DNA of 64,000 nucleotides from Ascidiella aspersa (taxonomy: Eukaryota). Below the pieces are notes generated by a model. It did no database searches. It had not been told where the DNA came from and worked only from the letters and a program-made list of their open reading frames with translations. The stretch covers positions 28,520,001 through 28,584,000 of the forward strand of contig OZ004607.1 of NCBI GenBank assembly GCA_963924565.1, written 5' to 3'. The position numbers and the translations under genes are program-made. This document shows, piece after piece, positions 37,501-51,400 of the stretch. How positions within the stretch are numbered: the stretch's first letter is position 1; each line of letters starts with the position of its first letter.

Positions 37501-40500
37501 TCAAATCCCTGCGTCTATTTCGAAGCGCAAGAATGCTTCTCACTGCTTTTATTTTTTCTTAAACCTGAGTTAACCTCTCGCCTACATGGTACAGAAAAAC
37601 GCGTTACTGCGCTTGGATTTCTTGTGCGTCTATCAACAATGTCAAGTTCCTTTGAACTTCGAGATAACGTAATAGTAGGTTATGTAGCATTGCGCGCCAA
37701 AATCAATGTTTTGGATTCAACATTGTGCAGACCCTTGAACAGTTAAGACAAAATAGTCTCTGGCGCATTTTCAAGGTTTGGTTTTCGTTTCGCGGGTGCG
37801 ATTTTTCGTCTTTACAACTTTCCGCGCGAATTGCTCACACCTTTCACCTGTTCCTTAAACGAACAGAAAACCTTGCTTACCTTCGCTTGTGTTCTATCCT
37901 TTTCGGTTTTAGTTTGAAGGCTGGATGTTTTTGCTTCTCTCTAAATTCAGGTTGACCAAAGATGTTTTCGCGCAAATAAAATATGTTTTCCAACTTATGC
38001 CTTTGTATTTTGAGAACTGCGGTAGAGTAGGAATAGAAATGGAGTTTGTTATTGCACTGTTTAAGTTACATATTCGATTTACTTCGCTCATAACAGTTGC
38101 CCACCACTGACCGAATAACTACACTACAATTAACAACTTAATGGTATTTTGCACTAACCAAACTTAGGCATGTAAGAATTTATTTTAAATTACAAAAAAA
38201 TGAAACAAAGTTTAGTGTAAAACATTGTAAAAATATTTAAAGCATAAGAAATGTCGCTTTCGTATGATTTTAATTAATAAAATAACCACCGTTCAAATAT
38301 TATAATTTAAGGATTATAAATTTTATACACAATATTTTACAGACAAATTAACACGCAAATTGAGTTTTAGCGAACTTAGATATAGTTTTAAGTTTCCAAG
38401 TTTTGATGTCTTTACGTCGAAATGTGCTTTAAATGACAAACACCTCGCTGCTGTATCCACTTGAAAATAATGCTAAAAATGGGTTTACACAAATGTAACG
38501 CCCGTATTGCTGCAGCACTCCAACACGGCAGGATACGACGCCGCAGCCGCCATACAAAAACTTCGCCGCTCTCTCGTGCTACCTACTGGCAGCAACTTTA
38601 AAGGTCGAACGTCCAACAGGGGGAGCTCGTCAACCGACGCCCAGTCGCCGTTATTCTCTCCGCCCTCGCCACACACGGCCATGATCCAGATTTCAGAAAC
38701 TCTTCAGAAGGTAGGAATTGGCATATCTTTCTCTTCAGCATTTTACACGTTAAAACCAGGAGAACCATAATCGCCAACGCCCGCTAAAATAATCAAAATG
38801 TATGTCGATTGATTCAGTAATTGTTACTGAAGGATACAAAATATGACGTCCAGGAACAATTTAATCATTGTACAAAATGTGAAAGTTGTACTGGAAATTA
38901 TATAAAAAGATGTTTCGGCTAAAAACATGAGAATGCGCCAAAAGTTTAATATTTTTTCTGTGTAATTAGGTATTCTTCACGACGAACTGAAAAACAATTA
39001 GGAAATAAAATTTCCGCAGTATTTCGACATATTCGCCCAACATGCGGCCTATACGTTGACAAGTATTAGTTAGTTTTTTACCCTCTAATGTTATTGCTTT
39101 GCAAATTCAAGTTTAGCTTATACTTTTTCCAGGCGATCTCGCACGAAAACCTAATCGCTACCTCAGCCGCGAACGACGCAGCGACCTTGTCCGACGGCAC
39201 TTCCCACTCGGTGTCGTCCTACCATTCCACGTCGACGTCATCGGACAGCGACGATGACGTCACTTCAGAATCTATGCAAAAGCGGCGCGTCACAACGTCC
39301 CCGGGCCCGCCGACCAAATCCGAAAGCAGTAACAAGCAAAATATGCAAGCGAACAGCGACCAAAAGCAGTCAACAGAAGCGGCGATCAACGACCAATCGC
39401 ACGCCGCCACGTCATCGAAACTAATTTCCCAAAATGCAGTTGAGAAATCGCCACTAGAGGCGCCCGTGCCCGCCAAACGCAACAAGCCTCCAGTAACGAA
39501 CAAACCAACAGTAAAAAAGCGCCTGTCGCTATATGAACCCAACCACGCAGTAGTAACCCACTTCCAAACCCCCGCGGTCGCTCCTCGAAAGCCAACAAAC
39601 CTCAGCGATGAACCCGATGACATCACGGTTCTGGACTCGCAGGCCTGTTACGTCACCAGCGGCGCCGTGGTGAAGCAGGCGCGTATCCTGAGCACGCGCA
39701 GTTCTGGTTCCCAGCCCTCCTCGCCTATGTCGTTGTCTTACGACAAGAGACAACGTGATGACGCGACGGTTTTGGTTAGTTCTTTTCGTAGCGAAAAGCG
39801 TATTTCTTTTAGGAAATTATGTGAGTTAATATCATGACCATCCGACCTGTCCGGCGAAAATTCTCGTCATCAGTGAACGTTAAAAATTGGAGTTTTACCG
39901 ATGTTGGCATTGAGCTAGCTAGATGTTTAATTTAATATTAACAAGGCCGTATAATTATATATATCTAAGACATCGTTTCACGCTTCGTTAAATCCAAATT
40001 TGTACTTACTGCTTACTTAATTGAAAAGTTGCGAATAGTAAGATTTCAGTTCATCACAACCTAAAAAACATATTGAAAGAGTGTGTGGTGAGTCGAAGTG
40101 TCCCATCTCTACTTCGAAAAAAGTAGAATACACATATTTTCCAGGTAATATGAGCTTTTTGATTAATAAAGTTCCATCATTGTATACCTAACGATATGGT
40201 TTCTTCAAACGGCATCATTGCTCCAGCAGCAGCACAACATATGAATTAACACCAAAACTGTTTGAACGTTTGAGTAAATATATCAACGAAAAAATTCGTC
40301 AATATTTTTAGGATGAGTCAGCAAACCCAGGACGCGAATCACAGTTGGCAGTGGTCGACACACTTTTCAACGCCCAGACATCGATCTTGCCTGCCGAGGG
40401 CCGGGCCCCAACTTCGGGAAGCCCCTCAAATCGAGTAGAACCCCCTCGCATTGAAAATCACCCCCTGCGTCGCCAGGTGGAATTCGTTGGAACGAGAAAC

Positions 40501-41036
40501 CTTTCCAAAGGCAGCATCGGTAAGGCGATTTTCTTTTTTGTGTTTTTGTTGTAGCAGCAATTAAAGTGATCTTAAGACTGTTTATAAAAACAGATATAGA
40601 AATAAAATTTTAGGAAATGATTTTATGTTTTACATTTGTTTTTATAAACAGTCTTAAGATCATCTGATACGAAAACAAGAACTTTTCTTTTACATTTTAT
40701 TGTCTGCGGGAAATTCCTTATTTCCTAAAGTGTTTCGCAATTAAGACGTTCTTGCTTCTTGGTCTTATTAACTTAACTTCTGTAACAGTCTGTAAGGTTG
40801 ATTATAAAGTTAGTAATGTTCTTATCGCTACCGTGGAAATGGTAAATTTACAATTTAAATTAAACTTTTTTTTTCACATTTTTTTGCATCGAAATCCATA
40901 TATATGTTTTTATTTTGCCAAGATTCAGACGACGTTGGCCTGGATGAGACAAAGAGCACGGCGGATGAGTGGGACGACTCGCTCTCAGTGAGAACCGAAG
41001 ACTTGGAGATGCCCAAGGAGGTCCGGAAGTTTAGAG
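22513..41036 (+). CDS. ANKS1: ANKS1 (Odin/AIDA-1)-like ankyrin-repeat scaffold, 5' part; SAM/PTB exons not seen in the window
   Basis: Frame-consistent exons: 22513-22628, 22822-22902, 23171-23327, 23916-24008, 24354-24557, 24986-25163, 25571-25723, 34221-34340, 35298-36013, 36571-36717, 38516-38710, 39133-39774, 40312-40519, 40923-41036. [70 protein letters not shown] and [12 protein letters not shown] fit ANKS1A/B better than CASKIN. Later exons are Ser/Pro-rich and rest on splice sites and frame only. Confidence 0.85.
32361..32480. mobile_element. Degenerate fragment related to the 5963-6404 MITE family
   Basis: tagtggtttccaacc followed by ccaagagcc...aaagagccacac, as at 5986-6031. Confidence 0.4.
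36386..36577 (+). repeat. Locally duplicated 3' splice site (~42 bp, two copies)
   Basis: aatttcgtgtttcctcacgtctt...gctcccag|gtgagac, with the AG ending at 36421 and at 36570. Confidence 0.85.
40567..40662. repeat. Intronic hairpin with perfect 26-bp arms
   Basis: tgatcttaagactgtttataaaaaca ... tgtttttataaacagtcttaagatca. Confidence 0.9.
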
Positions 41037-43190
41037 GTAAGATGGGCTCATTTTCAAGTTTTATATATTCTACTTTCAAAGGACAGTCAGTCGTCGTCTG
41101 GTACACAACCGTTCATGAGCTTAGCCTTTCGTTCTGTTTCCTCAAGAGTAATTGCTTTGAACGTTGCAGCATTATTCTCTTTGTCTGATGTGAAGTGCGG
41201 TATTCGCAATATCTTAGGCAAGTTTACACTACTAATTTTACTAGGGTTAAACACGAATCTATTTGCTTTGAATCTATATAAACACTATCTGTAAGGAAAC
41301 CTATATCGAACGATTTTGTGAGACAACAGAGCAACTGAAATTAGTTTTTGTCAAAACGATAGTTTTAGTACTTGTTAACATGCTCGTTTCGGTAAATTGA
41401 AAGAACTGTAAGAATTTAGACAAGCTCGAAAGGCTACAGGCTTTAATATTCAACCTTCCTTTTGTTGCATTAGTTAGGCCATCTATACGCATATTGCTTT
41501 GGTTCTGTTTTATTTGCTTCAATGCAATTTACCAAAGTGTAAAAAAGTGGAGTTAGTCAACTTTGACCCGCCGTTTGTCGAACACCGACCATATGTGTTT
41601 CCTACTGAGTCATAGAAGTATCCCTAAAGTTTGGCTAAAAGTTTGGCTGGGCGCCAATATTTCGCATTTTGTCCACTGTTTTTTTTTGTTGACAAATGAC
41701 ATAGAAACGACTCCGTGAAGTACTTCAAAAGATCTTTGTGCAAAAACTCGCAGAATGTGCGTCATAATCTGGACGTCATGCTGTCTGTTGTGACGCAATA
41801 GCGGTCCTCGCTGTCGCAGGGGATTAGAGCAGCGCCTGAATACACTAGACGAGCAAAGTCCGTTATAATCCTCGAGTCGCTGTCGTTGCTGTTTTTTTAT
41901 TTGGCCCTTTTTGTAAACGGCCGGAACCTAATATAACATTTGCGGTCAATTGCTGGGTAGGCCGCTTTGGACTAATTAATTTCGGCCACAAACTTAGTTT
42001 TGAACCGTCTGTCAACGCTTTAAAGGTTGGCACCGGCTTTTTTGATTAGTTTAGGCCGTTTACGGCTGAAGAAATTTATAGAATAGATTGTTTTTGTTTA
42101 TGTTTTATGTTTTATGTTTTTGGCAATTGGACTGAAGGAACAACAAGGATAATTGAAATCGTCTTAGAAAAATTAAGCAGAACCATCCTCGACTGTAGGC
42201 GGAACGCATCAACCATTTTTTTTTTAGTTTCGCCCTCCTAAAATCATCGTGCCTGTACTTACCTTTATTATGTATAAAAAACAGCATCGGAATTAAGGAA
42301 ACTTAAGCCGGTGTGGATTTAGTGCGTGAAAAAGAAAACAATTTGCCAATTTTCGTCGTTGTATCCAAGCAAAGGTAAGCCGTTCCGTATATTCGACGCC
42401 TTTAAACGGCAGCATTGTCCCTCGCTTTGCAAACACGATACGCTATAGAGCTAGACATCCGTGCCCGTCCGGCCCCAAAGCCGCACGAACAAATCGAGCC
42501 TGTGATGTGGTAATGGTCGCAATTTTTTCAGCCACCGTTGCGGAAAAGCCGCTTCCCGACCGGGCGCAATAAACACCGCTCGGATAATATAGCGATTCCC
42601 TGTTTCCAAGATGATGTCCCTGTTTTGCTAGCGGCGGTGAAACCGTGTTTCGGAAATGTGCCCGCCTCCGTTGTTGTTTTTGCCTTATGTGTGGAGGTCG
42701 CCTGCGGTCTAAGCCCGTGTCCTTGATGTCGCGATACCGGGTTTGTTCCACGGGCCTTTTGAAGTATTTATAGAATGTTGTCGGAACTCTTTATTTGCGC
42801 TTAGCGGCCCCTGGAAGCTCTGCCGGACGCGACGCGATTTTCTACACGTCCGGTGTCAACTCGTGCCCCTATGAGTTCGAGCAAAAAAGTCCAGCGCGAA
42901 TTGTGAGCTCTTGCTTACCGTGCGGTAAGCAAACTGTTGTGCTTGGCGTTTGTCTGTCGTCTTTATACTTTGCCATAAATATTCTGTGCAAGTTTACACT
43001 AGTAAATGACAGTGCTAATTCATATGTTGCGGCTCGACCAGCTCATGTCGTAGGCTATTTAAGTTTGCTGTCATGGTGTCATATGGCGCTCAAATTGCCT
43101 TGGTTTTTCTTTCAGGACAACTCTATTGGCACAATGCGCGCGCCCGCCACCTAGTGCCCATATTATCAGTTTTTACCCAAACACTTTACG

Positions 43191-43287
43191 ATCATTTGGA
43201 ACGTTTCAAAAAACTCTTCATTCATTTTTAACATCAATGTTGAATATTGAAAATTAATAAAGAGTTATTCGAAACGTTCAAAATGAT
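43191..43287. repeat. Imperfect inverted repeat, part of a dispersed repeat
   Basis: atcatttggaacgtttcaaaaaactctt versus aagagttattcgaaacgttcaaaatgat (25/28). gttcaaaatgatacctacttctgta also occurs near 24233. Confidence 0.7.
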
Positions 43288-46052
43288 ACCTACTTCTGTA
43301 TGGGCTTTGATATTATTATTACGTGTTTCAATATTGTTGTACGGCAACCCTTAATACGAACCTGGTGAATTTTGTTAATCTTCAACGCTATGTCAGGTTT
43401 GACTTCTTAGAATGTATGTTTTAGGTAAAGTTACTTTAATTGACTTCGGGTTACGGCCTTCTTTTGTAAAACGTGAAAAAAATCCTTAAGCTTAAAGCTG
43501 CGTAGCAACGACAAAGACAAGTTCATTTTTGGTTCAAGCAAATAACTGCTTTAGCTCAATGCGCGGGGTGATTAAGTAACGTGGCCCCGATTTGAACGAG
43601 GTTCATTCGGGTTCGTTGCTGTTGCTTGCCGTTTAAACGACCATAAATCTCAGCCTTAATTGCGCAGCTTGCATGTCGCCGCGAAGACTACTGATTTCTT
43701 AAACTGACAAACAGATAAGGTGTGTTGTTAAAAAAGTAACACCTGCGCCCAAACCATCCAGAGCTATTAGCCGCCACGCGTGATAATTCTCGTGTCGCGC
43801 AAGTTCGATTTCTTTTTTCAGACACACTTTTACGCCCCGTACACAAAATGAGTTTTCATTAGCTCGTTAAACCAAATTACTGAAATAAGTTTGGGCAGCC
43901 TAATCTTCTGGTTGGTTTAGCATGATTTATTGCCAGTGCAATAGGCAACATTTCACTTAGAAGGTATGGCCATTAAATTCGTTGTTGCTGAAATATGACA
44001 GTGCTATATGTTTTAGGACTAAAAACAAGCAAGGTTCAGTTTAGTACCAGACATTTCATATGTTTATATGTGAGGCAGACTAAAAAATAGTTTCTTAAGG
44101 AAATAATTCCCGCATTTTAACTTGTCTTTAAACCCAATGTTGCACATTTAAGCGTAAAAAAATTTTTGGAAATCGTTTTGAAAGCCGGCGGCCTAATTTG
44201 ACATTAAAAAAGCGGCAAAAAAGTTTGTCCAATGCAAACTGCAAGCTGTAAAATCGTTGTTGCATGTCACAAAATTTAAGGTGTTGTCTACAAATTAAAA
44301 ATGTCTAGATTTTTTTAATTCGAAGTAAATAACAAAAGGCATGCTGCAACATAGGTGTTAAATATTCCCTACATACGGTTTTGTCGTACGCACCAAAGGG
44401 TAATTAAAATTGCAGACGCTCGACGAAGTAAGCAGACAAATACACCGAAAAACATACGTACACGGCCCAAGGTAACTTAAATATTGCACACGGAAAGTCA
44501 GTCCATAATAGCCTCCAAAAAATACCGTAATGTAAAATTGTTAACGATATGCAGTACAAAAATACTGCCTTGGGAATACTTTATGTACTGCATAGCGGCC
44601 TTGCAACTGGGCATAGCCGGCAAATATACTTTAAATGACCTTCCTGTTCTTGTTATTGGCGGAATTTCTTTCCGATCCATCGCCTACGTCCTGCTTCCGC
44701 GTCCGATTTGCCACAAATCCATGTATCACTTCCATTCTGGCAACCTTGCACTTGACTTAAATTATGACCTCAACCTGTTTGAGCGCGTAGGCGTGATCGA
44801 TGGCAATTCCCCTTCTCGCCCACAACTCACTTCCGACCGCCTTGGCCCGCCATTTGCATCGCAAATCACCTCCCGTCACCGGGCAATAAATTATTTCAGC
44901 GTGTGTGTTAAGGAATGACGGTTCCAAGGTCCTTGATTGAAGTATATGGCACAACACAACTGCCTTTATTCGCCTACTTTTGATAAAAAAATTTGAATTT
45001 TGTCCATCAGCTTCTTTGAATTACAAGCAGCCCCAAACACATGCATCTACCATTAGGGGTGATACCTGGAACAACGTATATCCGCCCTGGTAAACCTAGC
45101 CTTTGAACCGACAGCGCGCTTATTGATTGCAAAATCGAGTTATTGGCATGTTGGTTTGGCTCGGCGCGAATCAAAGGATTTTACGTTCGGCCGTCAAGGC
45201 CATTGCAATTCAGGACGACAATAAATTACTCTCTGATTTATCACCTTGAAACGGGTTTCTGAAAGACCCTAGTCTCATGTGGTAACGCGCGACAGTTTGA
45301 ATTGCCAACCCTCACCGTTCCAAATCATAAATCAGGTTTTCGCGTTTCGAGGCTGTCAAAGCATGCCGAGACATATTTACCCTTGTGGTTTGTCGGCGCT
45401 GAATCAATCACCCGGTCGAAAAGTGACAGTAATTCGAGTTAAATGTTTTCCATAAAGCACACTCTTGCAGACTTGACATTGGATGGAAATTATGTTTCCT
45501 TTCTCTTGTCTTATTTTACCCCCTAACAACTTTTGCTCCGTTTGAAATTTACTACCCTTCACATGCATTAACCAAGTCTATCTAATTGTTACCACCTTTT
45601 TTATGGCATTTTTTTACGCAAACGCACCATGCTGCTGTGTTTGACGTGCCGCTCTCCAGTGTTGTTCTACCGAAAAATCCACTCCGGGTCAGTGGGGTCG
45701 TTTTCAAACGATTTGTTTCTCGTGTGAAGCGGCAGCCTTTAAATCGCACGCTTTCAACACTTTCCCTGCCCTACAAGATTTGCGACCGTCGGCTGAAACG
45801 CGCCGCCCTAAAGTGCCCTGTCGAGATGAAAGCCCCTTTTCTCTTCCTTAAGTTGTGTCAATTTAGATGCAAATTTTCGCACAGTTTGTAATGCTTTTCG
45901 TGCAGTAAATCTCGTAGCTTACTGTAATGTTCCCCAGGTTTATGGTGCATTACACGGCCTGATCAGTTCCACACATGTTGATACATGTTTTGGATTCACC
46001 AAGCACGGATCTGTATGTAGCTTAGTAATGAATTACAAAGCCAAAAGGGTCG

Positions 46053-46130
46053 AGTAGATCGACATCATCTTGATTAAGACGTTTCGATATGAACTTTATG
46101 TTAAACTAAAGATGATGATGTCGATCTACT
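46053..46130. repeat. Inverted repeat with perfect 17-bp arms
   Basis: agtagatcgacatcatc ... gatgatgtcgatctact. Confidence 0.8.
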
Positions 46131-48419
46131 TAATACATTTTACTAATGTTAATTGTAATCCGTTATATTTGCCGAAGTAAACTTTTTAACTTGAACAGTG
46201 CAGAAACCTAAACTTTCAAATAAACGCCATGTCTGCATAACATTATATTTTAAAAGTTTGTTGGATCAACACTGTTTTAGTGCAAACTACAAACTTGTGA
46301 TCAAGAAAATGGCATTTCATTAGCCACTGCCGCTGCAAGATCTTTCGTATTTCAACCTAATCCACACGCAGTGTGCTCTATTCGCTGACCCGTAACGACG
46401 ACCCTTGAACCAGCACCTTTCCGGGGGTGTGTACCTTCTTTGCGGATTTTCTCGTCCACTTATCGGCTGCATCTCCCCTTTCCACGTTCCCACGTCTATA
46501 CGTCAAACCGCGGCGAATTGGGTTAGCTTGGGTCTGCTGTTACCAGATAAAAGGCACTCTGGTTTCGTTGTCGTACTAGGCCTGTTTTCTCGATCAATTA
46601 GAAAAAGGCCGGATCTAGCCTTCAAATGCCGTTTCAAGTTTTATTCTTACAGTCCCGATTTGTTTTTTAATCTGTTGGCCTTCCACGGTGCCATCAAACC
46701 AAAAAAAGGCTGATTGCAACTAAATAGATTCGGTAGAGGATGCCGACTGCCGTTCACCTGGCGGCTTCGTAAAGCGACAAAGATGCATGGCCTCTGACGT
46801 GTATTGCTGACAGCGTGAAGTATCGCTTTCCGTCGATAAGCTATCGTTTTGCAACGCACACTTGCTTGAAGGAACTCTCTTCGGTCATGATGCGACACCC
46901 GTAGACCTTGTTTTTTTAAGCTTAGTGACACAGTTTTGTTACTCTTTGATGACTGCGTTGCGATAAGGATCTATGATAGGCTCTTACTGTACTATATCGA
47001 GAAAGTAAATTTAGTATTTTTTTGATAAATGATAGTACAAGCAGTAAAGCGATTTCTTAAACTATTCTTATGGGTGACTTTTACAAAAAACTCTAAACTA
47101 CAGTGAAAATTTCTTTTTTTTCTAATTAATATAACAGTTTTTGCATCAGAGATATTTTACCAAGAAAAGTGAACTTCCCTGCTTTAGCCAAGCAAACTAG
47201 CAGATCGACTCTAACCTCCCTGCTTCTAGCCGTTATTCCTGTTTGTTTGTGCTATACTTAGTACTCACAACGCAGATTTTGTTACGGTTGTTATCTGTCT
47301 GTGCGTGGTTGATTCGTTACAGCTCCCCGTTAATTTACCGTGAACGCTAGCAAAACACCAGCGAGCCGCGTCTAAATAATACAAACACATTACATCACTT
47401 CATACTAAAAAAACGCTTAGTTTTGACTTTCTTTGTTATTTTACGCCCAAAAAAGGTTTCACCTTCGTTTGCCGATGCGATGTACGTGATGGGATTAGTG
47501 CGCTAAATGGAAATCACAGGCCAGAAACGAGTCTTGATTTGTCCGATAAGACCAAGTTAAACCGAGCTGTCGAATTGTTTGACGACAAACAATCACCCGT
47601 CGTCGCCAGCTAACGCCCGACCGCCGTGTATGTTGGCCGTTGCCGCAAAACGGGGATTAACAGGAAAAATCCCCTCAATTTAGGCGCCGCGTCTAACCAC
47701 CCGCGATACAAAACGGGGTTAAACTCCTTGTTTGGAATGCAATTCTGCTTGAACCGCTTCTTTCTAAACTTAAAGAAAAGCCACGAGAAAGTGCCTTAGG
47801 CGAAGTTTGGACTTGTTTTTGCCGCCACGTAAATCTACATGGTCTCGTCATGTGTTTTCTTTTTCTACATTCCCAAATTTTATCCTACCTCTCGGGAAAA
47901 CAGACAGCCATATAAGTAAATTTTGTTTATTTTTGCGACTTGAATAACCCTCACGCCACTGATAAATATATAGGCATGTAAGCGTCAGCTTTTTGCAGTG
48001 TTTTCTTGTCAGCCAGGTTTTGTGTTTTATTTTTATCTTAGACAAAGCGCGGCGTTTTTGGGCCAAGCACATGCCTTGAAATAATGCAAACCACCGAGAA
48101 AATATTTTCTACCAACAAATTGGTTATATTTGAAGCAAAGACTGTTAGTTCGTTCCATGCTTCTTTAAATCGCCACACTTTGATACGTCAGGTTACCTAA
48201 ACTTGTGAATATAAACTAGAAACGGTCGTGTGCAGACCACCTTAAATTATTCGTCATTGTGTTGCCATCTTTTATCATAAAGCTTTCGTTTAAGATTTTC
48301 AATACATATAGGCTTTCGGAATTACTAAGGAAGAAAGACAGATTAATTCTTTCCCTAGATTGTTTTCCTCACTTAATCTTTTCCAGCGATTTTGGTTATC
48401 ATTGCGTTTGCCTTTACGC

Positions 48420-48496
48420 AACGTTATTTGAAGTTATGCGAAACGAAACGTTATTTGAAGTTATGCGAAACGAAACGTTATTTGAAGTTATGCGAA
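48420..48496. repeat. 27-bp tandem repeat, ~3 copies
   Basis: aacgttatttgaagttatgcgaaacga repeated head-to-tail. Confidence 0.92.
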
Positions 48497-51400
48497 CAAT
48501 CCTTTGGAAACCTACAAGCGGATTCCTTTCCGAATTCCGAACGTTCTCCTGCTGTCAATCAACACGAGCTGAGATAGTGAGCTGGTCGTTGAAAGATCCC
48601 GGCGGGATACACTGGAGTCAAACGAGGTCGTGTGAATCGTCGCTAACAAGAACTGGGAAGCGCCTTGAGGGATCTGACAAGAAGATTCCGTATTCCAAAC
48701 GCTTTTGTAAAACCCCCTTTTGTTTCCTAATACTACTGGCTGACAAAAAGTGCTCAATTAAAACGTCTCAATAACATCTTCTGGTAGTACGGATACACAA
48801 ACTATATCGAATCGTTTGCTATGAAATATCCATCCTTGATCATGAAGTTTATCCGTCAGGTCGAATGTAACTTTAACTAAACTTAACGGGGCAGTGTTAA
48901 TGAAATTTGGTCTTTTTATATTTAAGTGATTCACTAAACCACTTCCAAAATGTACTTTCCTGAGAAAAAAACGATCACAAAATCAAATGCGTTACACAAA
49001 GGGTTATATAATCTTGGGACCAACTGCAGGTAATCAGACGTGCCTTTGCTCATATGTTTTGCTCGCTTCGTGACCCTCGTAACGCGCTAAGCGCCAACCA
49101 AACCCGGAAATCGGGCGGTAAATACAGAAGAGAAAACGCGCCCATCGATCTTAACCCGAGCCGGTAAATTAATTCTGTGCGTTGAAATTTACGCGAAGCG
49201 CAATAAATACGTCACATGCGCAATTAAGGGCGGGCCGTAAATTTTCGGGGCGGAGAAGCTTTTCCCGTTTTCGCCCGTTGTTTACGCGCCGCTTCGGGAG
49301 ACGACCCTGAAGCTGCTACGTAAGCGATTACGTCACAATCTGCATCGCGACGCGCGGAGTTCGCTGCATTCGAGATCAAGGTTAAGCGGATTTTTGCGCA
49401 AAAATGTTAAGCCTTCGTGTCGCTGCGACGACTGGCCGCTGCAAATGGCTGTTTACACCATCTCTGGATATGTCCCGTGTTTTGAACTTAGGCCAAACAT
49501 GGATAAACCCGGCTTATTGTAAACAGCAGAGCACTAATACACTGAATGCTGCGGCTGTGGAAATTGGCGACCTTTCCACGTTACGCTTTTTTATTTTGCG
49601 CGGTATGTTAATGCGTGTGATCACGCGCAGTTGGTCGATCGGCGGCCCATTTTCGGCTTGTTGCAGTCCTCTGAGGAGACGCGCGGTCTTCGGTTTTAGC
49701 ATTCCTGCCATTTGATTCAGTCGTGTTTCACAGGGTTTGGTTTGCATGCGTACTTAAGCGCCGTCCCTGGATGCGCACTTGGCATGCAAGATGGTGGGAA
49801 AGTATGAAGTCAGCTTTGTTAACTGATTGACCTGTGCTTACTAACGTTGGGTAAATTGGGAAACAGAATGCGGTGAGAATGTGTAATAGCCGTTTTTAAG
49901 TCACGGTCCGAAGTGTGATCGACATTTAAGATAATGTTCTTCGATATGGTTCATCAAAAAAAAATACTTTTGAACATTGAGTTATCCCGAACTACAATTC
50001 GGCCAATTTACGAGAAAACTTTATTAACCTGTAGTTGCCGTTGATCACCAATGGGCAAAATAAGTTACTGCAAACCCAGACAAGCACAATAACATTCAAC
50101 AGTTACAAAATGTCTGTATTTTTTTCGAAGTGTGTCTAGAATCTCCCTGGATCTTATAAATTAATGCAAGAATTTGTCAAAATATATACAATTACTCTAT
50201 TGCAACTTTTGAGGTATGTGCTTTTTCCTATTGCCGAACTCATCCAATGCGTCTATTTTGCAAACTAAAGTCGTTCGAACAGAGCGAGCACCAAAGCGTA
50301 GCTTGTCAAACTCTTCCAACCCCGTCTGCACCCTGTCGCGTAATAAGCCGTCATCATCCAGCCGGCCGACAGCGGGTGCGTCTCCCTAATAATACACACG
50401 CTCCCCGGGCGCTTGTTTGACGGCCTGGCAGGTGGCGTGATGAGAGGGCAAATATACTTTGCAACATCAATCGCCCTCGTCTAGCGATCGCCCTGCGCCG
50501 CGCCCGGAATGGAAGTTTGCTAAATACAAGCTTTTCTTTTTAGCTGTTTTATTTTGGCTTCAAGTCCGTTCCAAGTTTTTCTTTTGGTTTAAGAGTTTGG
50601 GTACACACAACACACTTTATACTTGGCTGCCACCATATTCAGACCCGCCAGAAGAATCCAGAAGTGCATATGTTACTCCAGAGTTAAAATAAAGTGCTTT
50701 TTCGAAGCCTTCGCGTTTACTTAACCACCGATGCAGAAATAAAAGGCGAACATTTTGAAGATTGGTGCTGTCATGGCTTCCTAATCAATGGTTTGAAGTG
50801 TTCGACGTTCTATCGTGCTCTCTAAAAAACACCACGAGAAGATGTCTGTTTGAATACCGTATTTTTTCGGTTGAAAATGTCTATTTGCATAGCGACGCAA
50901 ATGCACACGCTATTCTTTGTCAGCCTTTGCGTTGACCGAGCCATTGTAACGCAGCGAGAGCAAACTGTTTAAAAAGGACAAATCGGTCGTGTCATTGAAA
51001 TAAAACTAAATATAAAAAGACAGGCTTGTTACTCGCGCCCCGTAAACCTGCCTTTTTCTATATGTATTGTGATTCTTCGGAGTTTTGCCTTATAAAGCGA
51101 CAAAGGCCAATTCGTCTACTTGAGATGCAGCATCGACAGGTCAAGGCAATGCCGGAACTTTGTGCCAAATTATTGCATAGCTGAATAAACTCATGTTTAC
51201 GTTTTTGGTGTGTTGCCTCTGCCCTGCTGCATTGCCTTGATTATTCGCCAAAAAAACATAAAACCACGCACAAACACTGTTTTGTTAGCATAACGCTGGA
51301 AATTGCGGAAGTGTTGTGTAAACGTTATGATCGATAGAACTGGCTGCTATACCTCTGTTTTGTTCTCCAACCGCCCCTGTCGATTCTTCTTGCGTCTCGC

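Noticed and set aside
35479-39753. Long minus-strand ORFs (35479-36006, 39219-39626 and others)
   Set aside because: They are antisense shadows of GC-rich ANKS1 exons.
48259-48774. 171-aa ORF with TLFEVMRNE repeats
   Set aside because: The repeat reflects a 27-bp tandem duplication. The start is non-ATG and there is no recognisable domain or convincing splice context.
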